Of a stretch of DNA of 29,643 nt, positions 23,599 to 29,643 are shown piece after piece. The position numbers and the translations under genes were made by a program. The number at the start of each line of letters is the position of its first letter. The stretch's first letter is position 1. The notes under the pieces are model-generated. The model had not been told where the DNA came from. It saw nothing but the letters and a program-made list of their open reading frames with translations, and made no database searches. This DNA is from a virus (Duplodnaviria; Caudoviricetes): positions 1-29,643 of IMG/VR virus record IMGVR_UViG_3300020045_002628; one strand, given 5' to 3'.

Positions 23599-24337
23599 CA
23601 TCGGCGACTTCGATAAGGCTACACGCCATCTTTCACGAGTTGAGCGCAGCGTCTATCGGGACTTGATCGAGTTTTACTACGATAGTGAACAGCCATTGTC
23701 GCTAGATATTCAATCTATTTGCAGAAAGATTATTGCCAAATCCAACGAGGAGTCAACGGCCGTTGAACAGGTGTTGAACGAGTTTTTCAACGAAACGCCA
23801 CTTGGTTGGTATCACATTCGCTGCGAAGAAGAGTTAGAGCGCTACCGTTGTTCAACTAGCCAGAAATCAGAAGCTGGTAAGGCTTCAGCAGCTAAAAAGA
23901 AGGAAAAACTACTACATGCGTTGAACGGAAATTCAACGAGCGTTGAACAGACGTTTAACGGCGCTTCAACTAAACAAGAACCACTAACCAATAACCAAGA
24001 ACCAATAGTAAAGACTCTCGTCATTAGCCAAGCTAACGACAAGCCTGACTGCCCACATCAGGAAATCATTTCCGTTTATCACGAAGTCTTGCCGCAATGC
24101 CCAAAGGTACGCGACTGGACGCAAGCACGACAAACGCAACTACGCACACGATGGAACGAAAGCGCTGATCGTCAAAACCTTGACTACTGGCGGCGCTTGT
24201 TCGAATACGTTGGAGGGTGCGACTTCCTGACGGGCAGAACTGCCAAGCCATTCTTTGCTGATCTGGAATGGATAACAAAAACGGCAAACTTCACAAAAAT
24301 CCGCGAACGCAAATACGAGAACAGGGTGGCAGCATGA
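23579..24337 (+). CDS. Replication initiator, YdaU/DUF1376 family
   Basis: MHFYQHNIGDF..ATRHLS..E...YRDLI..YYD.EQPL; C-terminal ADLEWI..NF.KI.E.KY; upstream of DnaB. Confidence 0.85.
   Translation: MHFYQHNIGDFDKATRHLSRVERSVYRDLIEFYYDSEQPLSLDIQSICRKIIAKSNEESTAVEQVLNEFFNETPLGWYHIRCEEELERYRCSTSQKSEAGKASAAKKKEKLLHALNGNSTSVEQTFNGASTKQEPLTNNQEPIVKTLVISQANDKPDCPHQEIISVYHEVLPQCPKVRDWTQARQTQLRTRWNESADRQNLDYWRRLFEYVGGCDFLTGRTAKPFFADLEWITKTANFTKIRERKYENRVAA
23753..23970. repeat. Iteron-like repeats, probable replication origin
   Basis: Palindromic TCAACG-NN-CGTTGAACAG at 23753 and 23933, plus GTTGAAC/GTTTAAC half sites near 23773, 23920, 23953; A/C-rich tract follows. Confidence 0.65.
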
Positions 24338-25677
24338 CTCACGAAATCCAAGCAGAGTTTTCAGTTATCGGCGCACTGATTATCGACAACGATGCAATCG
24401 ATCGCATCAACGATCTTGAACCAGCACATTTTTACAACTCAGACAATCGCGCAATCTTCACGGAAATACGCAAGCAGATAACGGCAGGTAAGCGAGTTGA
24501 CGTGATCACGATATTCGAGCAACTGAAAGATAAGGTATCTGATTGCCTAGTTTTATTGAATCAAATCTCGCAATCGGTAGGAAGTTCAGCAAACATTTCA
24601 CGGTATGCGGAAATAATCACTGACAAGGCCATCAAACGGGCGCTGGTTGCACTTGGTAGAGAAATTGAGGACGTTGTAGCAACTGGACAGAAAAGCGGCG
24701 TATGTGTTGATCTGGTGGCTTCTAAGATTGACGCGCTAGGACAACGTAAAACTGCACAGGAACCGCAGCGACTTGACGACATGCTGATGAACTACACGCA
24801 AGTGCTTGAAGATCGTATGAGCGGAAAGATAAAGCCTATCGCAACCGGTTACAAAGATTTAGATAAAAAGCTAGGCGGGGGCATTGATCGCGGGTCTTTA
24901 ATCATCGTGGCAGGCAGGCCAGCTATGGGAAAAACAGCCATGGGTCTAGGCATCGCCAGAAACGTGTCTTACTGGGGATCAGCTTTATTTCTCAGCATGG
25001 AAATGGCGAAAGAGCAGGTTATTGATCGGAATATCTCAGCGATTGGCAAACTACCGCTTGCATGGTTACGGGCGCCAGTGGACAACACGCCAATAGAGCG
25101 CGGCTATTGGGACAACGTGACCAAAGCATACGGAGAAGTAGAAAAGCTGAATCTGTTTATTGACGATCAACCAGGCTTGAACATGCTCGCAGTACGCAAC
25201 AAAGCGCGACAAATCAAACGTAAAAACGGCCTTGATGTTCTGGTGATAGATCAACTGTCATTCCTAACGGGAGCGCAATCTGACCAGAACTGGCAAGCAA
25301 TAGGCGAATACACGCGGGCATTGCTACAGATCGGCAAGGAATTAAACATTGCTGTTGTGTTGCTGGCTCAGTTAAACCGCGACTGTGAGAAGCGCCCAAA
25401 CAAACGCCCACAAATGTCTGATCTTGCTCAGTCTGGATCAATCGAACAAGACGCATCAACGATCATCTTTCTCTATCGCGATGAAGTCTATAACCCTGAT
25501 TCGCAGGATAAAGGGATATGCGAAACGATCATTGGAAAACAGCGACAAGGTGAAACGGGGATTGTTGGCCTAGCGTACATCGGAGAGCAAACACGCTTCG
25601 CAGACTTGCAGCACGGATGGAGCGCAACAGAACCTAAATCGTACGCAAAACGGAGCAGCCTAGCTGATCACTTATGA
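24334..25677 (+). CDS. dnaB: Replicative DNA helicase, DnaB family
   Basis: AGRPAMGKT Walker A, SMEM, VIDQL, LAQLNR, SGSIEQDA, KQRQG; start at ATGA overlap. Confidence 0.95.
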   Translation: MTHEIQAEFSVIGALIIDNDAIDRINDLEPAHFYNSDNRAIFTEIRKQITAGKRVDVITIFEQLKDKVSDCLVLLNQISQSVGSSANISRYAEIITDKAIKRALVALGREIEDVVATGQKSGVCVDLVASKIDALGQRKTAQEPQRLDDMLMNYTQVLEDRMSGKIKPIATGYKDLDKKLGGGIDRGSLIIVAGRPAMGKTAMGLGIARNVSYWGSALFLSMEMAKEQVIDRNISAIGKLPLAWLRAPVDNTPIERGYWDNVTKAYGEVEKLNLFIDDQPGLNMLAVRNKARQIKRKNGLDVLVIDQLSFLTGAQSDQNWQAIGEYTRALLQIGKELNIAVVLLAQLNRDCEKRPNKRPQMSDLAQSGSIEQDASTIIFLYRDEVYNPDSQDKGICETIIGKQRQGETGIVGLAYIGEQTRFADLQHGWSATEPKSYAKRSSLADHL

Positions 25678-25862
25678 ATAAATGTATCGAGTGCAAACAC
25701 TTCGACGTTCGTAGCTTCCCAGAGCATACCAAGCAAGGGCAAGCAACGTGCAATCCGGTCGCTAAATTCTTCCCGATAGAGCAGGAAATATTGTGCGAAT
25801 CGTTCGAGATGGCTGGGGTATTAGTGACTAACAAAAGGCGCGCTTGGCGTGATGCTAAATGA
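25674..25862 (+). CDS. Small Cys-rich hypothetical protein
   Basis: CIECKHF...C...C; coupled to dnaB. Confidence 0.65.
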   Translation: MNKCIECKHFDVRSFPEHTKQGQATCNPVAKFFPIEQEILCESFEMAGVLVTNKRRAWRDAK

Positions 25863-26374
25863 CGAATAGACAACCGTGGGTATCAATAGAGGAATTTATT
25901 ACTTCCGAGTTCCAAAGAAAATTTTCAGAGCATGCAAAAAATAGTGAAAAAAATATGAATAGTGGATCGGGCGTCAAATTGACTTATCCGAAAATAACAG
26001 AAGAATTTTTATCTAACCAGGGGGAGATTATGAAAACAGAGGAAGCGTTGATGATGGGAGATAAATACATAAATAAAAATAATGCAATCGAGTGCATTCT
26101 CAAGCTCCAAGCCTTATTGGACGGAAAGACATTGCAATTTAATGATTGCGGTCATTGGTATGACGTACCAGCAAGCGCAGCAAGCATAGCTCCAAGTGAG
26201 CTGCTAAAGATGCGCATCAAGCCAGAGCCAAAAACAGCTTGGTATCGGGTGGCAGAGACTGACTTTGGGACTATTACTGTAAACAATGTAGATGATGAGC
26301 TGATATTGGCCGAGCCATTGCATGGATTCAAGCGATGGCTGACTGAGCGCGTCACATACGAGGTCAAAGAATGA
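25859..26374 (+). CDS. Hypothetical protein (possible internal start at 26030)
   Basis: ATGA-coupled; strong GGGGAG before ATG 26030; ALLDGKTLQ...RIKPEP motif. Confidence 0.6.
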   Translation: MTNRQPWVSIEEFITSEFQRKFSEHAKNSEKNMNSGSGVKLTYPKITEEFLSNQGEIMKTEEALMMGDKYINKNNAIECILKLQALLDGKTLQFNDCGHWYDVPASAASIAPSELLKMRIKPEPKTAWYRVAETDFGTITVNNVDDELILAEPLHGFKRWLTERVTYEVKE

Positions 26375-26585
26375 AATTATTTTTTATTGTAAAAGTTTTA
26401 ACTATTGAATACGAATGGCCTTGATTAAATGCAAGATTTAATAATTGTATGATAAACACCTATTTAATATACATTTAAGTAGTAACTTATATATTTTATA
26501 TATCTTAATAGTTATTAAGACTAACCTGCATGGATTTATTAATGTTGCAAATACATAAAAGTAATGAAAACAGATGTTCTTATTG

Positions 26586-26614
26586 TTGTAAATCATAGTT
26601 TCATAGGCTAATAT
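26586..26614 (+). promoter_or_regulatory. Candidate late promoter
   Basis: TTGTAA-17 bp-TAATAT at the end of an AT-rich tract upstream of terS; weak evidence in AT-rich DNA. Confidence 0.3.
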
Positions 26615-26878
26615 CAATCTTTATAGGATCTCCGCCTTACGGCTACTGATCTAAACGTAAATTCATGCTCAACCAGCCTCACGGCTTCCAATGTTTTGTT
26701 GATAGGACTAAAGTAGCTTTGTGTAATAGTAGTTTAATTGGCGCCAACGCACTTTAGAGGCGAGTATCAGTGCTTGCACTTATGTCATGGAAGCTGTTGT
26801 ACACTCAGGCGGAAGTTTCTAAGAGCTTTCGCTCCGTAGGCAGCGCAGGAAGTGCATATTTTTGAATAAACTAATAAC

Positions 26879-27328
26879 ATGACACCAAACGAAATTCTTG
26901 AATGCATAGGAATCACGGCGATATGTGAAAGGATTGCTGATACTGAGTCGCAGGCATCTATTGCTAAAGACTTGGGCATATCCACGGGAACGTTATCAAT
27001 GTGGCTATCAAGTGACGTTGAACGATCCGCATGCGCGAGAGAGGCAAGACTAGCATCTGCATATAAATGTGACGATCTTGGGCTTAAGGCGCTGGAAGAT
27101 ATTCCAGACGATGCAAGTAATGCTGTCGTCTCAAGGCAGCGTGAAATTGCATCTCATCAAAGATGGAGAGCTAAGACGCGCAATCCAAAATTTAGCGATA
27201 AGGTTTCTATAGGCGGAGCTAATGATCTTCCACCAATTAAAGCCGAAACAGTTCTTAATGTGTCTGGACTATCGACACAGGCACTGGCAGAAATAATGGC
27301 AATTAGCGATGCTGCTGACAAAGACTGA
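26879..27328 (+). CDS. terS: Terminase small subunit
   Basis: ICERIA...IAKDLGIS..TL..WL HTH, AREAR, RWRA...NPKFSDK; overlaps terL. Confidence 0.85.
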   Translation: MTPNEILECIGITAICERIADTESQASIAKDLGISTGTLSMWLSSDVERSACAREARLASAYKCDDLGLKALEDIPDDASNAVVSRQREIASHQRWRAKTRNPKFSDKVSIGGANDLPPIKAETVLNVSGLSTQALAEIMAISDAADKD

Positions 27329-28781
27329 CATCAAGAACGTAGAGCGGGAACTGTGCAAGCGATCTCTTGCTGAATTTGCAAAACGTGCCTGGCATGTGCT
27401 GGAACCTGCGGCGGAATTAAAGTGGGGATGGGCGCTTGATGCTATTTGTTTGCATCTTGAGGCAGTGACAGATGGAAGAATCAACAGATTACTGATGAAT
27501 GTTCCTCCAGGATCGATGAAATCCCTGTTGACTGGTGTTATCTGGCCTGCATGGGAATGGGGCGCACAGGGAAAGCCTGAGATGCGTTACATTGGTACTG
27601 CGCACGAAGAGACTCTTGCTATACGCGACAGTCGTAAATGCCGTGATTTGATCAAGTCAGAATGGTATCAAGGGCTATGGCCTATTGAATTATCGAGAGA
27701 CCTTGACGGAAAACGCGAGTTTGGCAACATCAACAAGGGAGCAAGGCAGGCAAGATCATTTACCAGTATGACCGGAGTCCGTGGTGATAGGGTAATTCTA
27801 GATGATCCGATCAGCGCAGACTCTGCAAACTCAGTGGCAAAGCTTGAAGCGGTTAAAATTGCATTTACTGAAACACTTCCGACACGGGTAAATAGCAAGG
27901 AAAGCGCGATTGTTGTTGTGATGCAGCGATTGCACGAAAAGGACGTCAGCGGAATCATACTTGACATGGGATTGCCCTACGTTCATTTGTGTATTCCAAT
28001 GAGATTTGAAGCCGCACACCGATGCACCACGTCTATTGGCTGGTCTGATCCAAGGACTGAAGATGGCGAACTGATGTTTCCTGAGCGATTCGATGAGCAA
28101 CAAGTTGCAGAGCTAGAGAAAACACTTGGTTCCTATGGTTCAGCCGGACAACTTCAGCAGAGGCCAGCGCCACGCGGCGGAGGAATAATCAAAGAAGAGT
28201 GGTATAAATACTACACTGAGCTTCCAAAGCTTGACTTTAGAACTATTCACGCAGATACGGCGCAGAAAACAGGGACGTCTAATGATTATTCTGTGTTTGA
28301 GTGCTGGGGAAGATCGACAACTGGAGGAGCTTATCTGATTGATTTGATCCGCGGGAAGTGGGAAGCACCAGAACTACTCGTTCAAGCTCGATCATTTTGG
28401 TTAAAACATGTTGACGCTGACGAATCAAAGCTTCGCGGAATGTACGTTGAAGATAAAGTATCAGGAACGGGTCTGATTCAGACATTGAGGCGTGAGAGAT
28501 ACCCAATTCTCCCTATACAGCGCAATATAGACAAGATATCAAGGGGATATGATGCAGCACCATTTATTGAGGCTGGCAACGTCTATCTTCCAATTGATGC
28601 GCCATTTGTGTCAGACTTCATCGGAGAGTCATCGGCATTCCCTGGAGGTACATATGACGATCAACTCGATCCAATGTTCGATGCAATAACGACGATACAA
28701 AAGGCAAAATCAACAACGAAGGTAGTAAAGGACATAAGTGTTCATAACCAATACAGTGGAGCAGGCGCATGGATGAGTTAA
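27309..28781 (+). CDS. terL: Terminase large subunit
   Basis: NVPPGSMKS, ILDDP Walker B, VMQRLHEKD, QQRPAP, DTA, DYS, DDQLD nuclease motifs. Confidence 0.95.
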   Translation: MLLTKTDIKNVERELCKRSLAEFAKRAWHVLEPAAELKWGWALDAICLHLEAVTDGRINRLLMNVPPGSMKSLLTGVIWPAWEWGAQGKPEMRYIGTAHEETLAIRDSRKCRDLIKSEWYQGLWPIELSRDLDGKREFGNINKGARQARSFTSMTGVRGDRVILDDPISADSANSVAKLEAVKIAFTETLPTRVNSKESAIVVVMQRLHEKDVSGIILDMGLPYVHLCIPMRFEAAHRCTTSIGWSDPRTEDGELMFPERFDEQQVAELEKTLGSYGSAGQLQQRPAPRGGGIIKEEWYKYYTELPKLDFRTIHADTAQKTGTSNDYSVFECWGRSTTGGAYLIDLIRGKWEAPELLVQARSFWLKHVDADESKLRGMYVEDKVSGTGLIQTLRRERYPILPIQRNIDKISRGYDAAPFIEAGNVYLPIDAPFVSDFIGESSAFPGGTYDDQLDPMFDAITTIQKAKSTTKVVKDISVHNQYSGAGAWMS

Positions 28782-29098
28782 TCGGGCAACATACCAATGG
28801 AAAGTCGATATGCAGAGTAGTACGAACATCTGCGCTACCAGATGACATGCGCAAAGGTGTTCGCGAGCTGGTAGGTATGTACACATCGCCAAAGTTTCGC
28901 GGAATGGGATATGCGAGTAAGCTACTTGACGAGGTGGTAAAGAAGGCGGACACTTCACAATTGAGTATAATGATTGCCGTAAAGCCATTCGATAGCGGAC
29001 TAAGCCAAGATGATTTGACTAAGTTCTATGCGCGTAAAGGCTTCCAAGAGTTTCAGAAAACCCCGTTATTGATGGTAAGACCATGCCAAAGCCAATAG
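28769..29098 (+). CDS. GNAT-family acetyltransferase
   Basis: PKFRGMGYASKLL acetyl-CoA motif and KFYARKGF. Confidence 0.8.
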   Translation: MDELIGQHTNGKSICRVVRTSALPDDMRKGVRELVGMYTSPKFRGMGYASKLLDEVVKKADTSQLSIMIAVKPFDSGLSQDDLTKFYARKGFQEFQKTPLLMVRPCQSQ

Positions 29099-29578
29099 AA
29101 GAAAAGAAAACGATTGTCGAAGAGGCAAAAGAGCGCTACGAGCAGGCTAAGGTGTTTTATGGTCAATCTCGACTACTTGCCATTCAAGACACAAAATTCG
29201 CACTTGGTGATAGCGACAACGGATGGCAATGGCCTGAAGAAATCTACCGAGACCGATCAACGATCAACAAAAAGCCATGCTTGACGGTCAATATAACTGC
29301 ACAGCATTGCAATCAGGTCATCAATAATATTCGCATGAGCAAGCCAGCTGCGAAAATATTACCAGTTGACGAATACGCAGACAAAAAGACAGCTGAGATT
29401 CTTTCAGGATTAATCCGAAACATTCAAACGACTTCGCACGCTGAAGATGCGCACGATGTAGCAGCAGAACATTCTATCTACGGAGGTGAGGGATTTTGGC
29501 GCATTCTAACTGACTACGAAAGCGGAACATCATTCAACCAAGTCATCAAGATTGGCCTGATATCGAATCCTAACCTTG
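29083..29578 (+). CDS. Portal protein (P22-like), 5' part truncated by fold-back
   Basis: D.KFALG...QWP, PCLTVN, AEILSGLIRNI, GEGFWRI.TDY. Residues after NPNLV come from the inverted copy. Confidence 0.85.
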
Positions 29579-29643
29579 TATTGGCTTTGGCATGGTCTTA
29601 CCATCAATAACGGGGTTTTCTGAAACTCTTGGAAGCCTTTACG
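29579..29643. repeat. 65-bp inverted duplicate of 29033-29097
   Basis: Exact reverse complement on base-by-base comparison. Confidence 0.95.

Noticed and set aside
26725-26775. tRNA-like start (TAGTTTAATTGG resembles a D-arm)
   Set aside because: No T-arm GTTC motif, acceptor stem or cloverleaf could be built.
29083-29610. Portal pseudogene
   Set aside because: The stop arises inside the inverted duplicate, so it is most likely an artefact.

Overview
The whole window is a tailed dsDNA phage with P22-like podovirus structural genes and lambdoid-style early and replication arms; no host genes are visible. The + strand carries tail and ejection genes (SPRY protein, gp4-like adaptor, gp10-like hub, cupin, three DNA-transfer proteins, SGNH tailspike) and a lysis cassette. 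A leftward early operon follows (beta-barrel-like protein, DUF551/Ea22-like mosaic genes, 3'-5' exonuclease, SSB, Sak). After back-to-back sigma70 promoters comes a rightward operon (Cro-like HTH, NinB, NinG, GIY-YIG, DUF1376 initiator with iterons, DnaB), then TerS, TerL, a GNAT protein and the portal 5' end. Both ends look chimeric: bases 1 to ~480 are inverted, and the last 65 bp are a reverse-complement copy of 29033-29097. I recognise no integrase, CI, N or Q gene. The most interesting unexplained features are: (1) a coupled 29-aa peptide, 4-TM protein and hidden 1-TM ORF in front of the holins; (2) a repeated GGAGCCAGAATAATG junction delimiting early gene cassettes; (3) a GIY-YIG gene that appears to have taken over the initiator's start; (4) structured non-coding elements at ~19.1 kb and ~26.7 kb. 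All family calls come from motif recall and synteny, not database searches.
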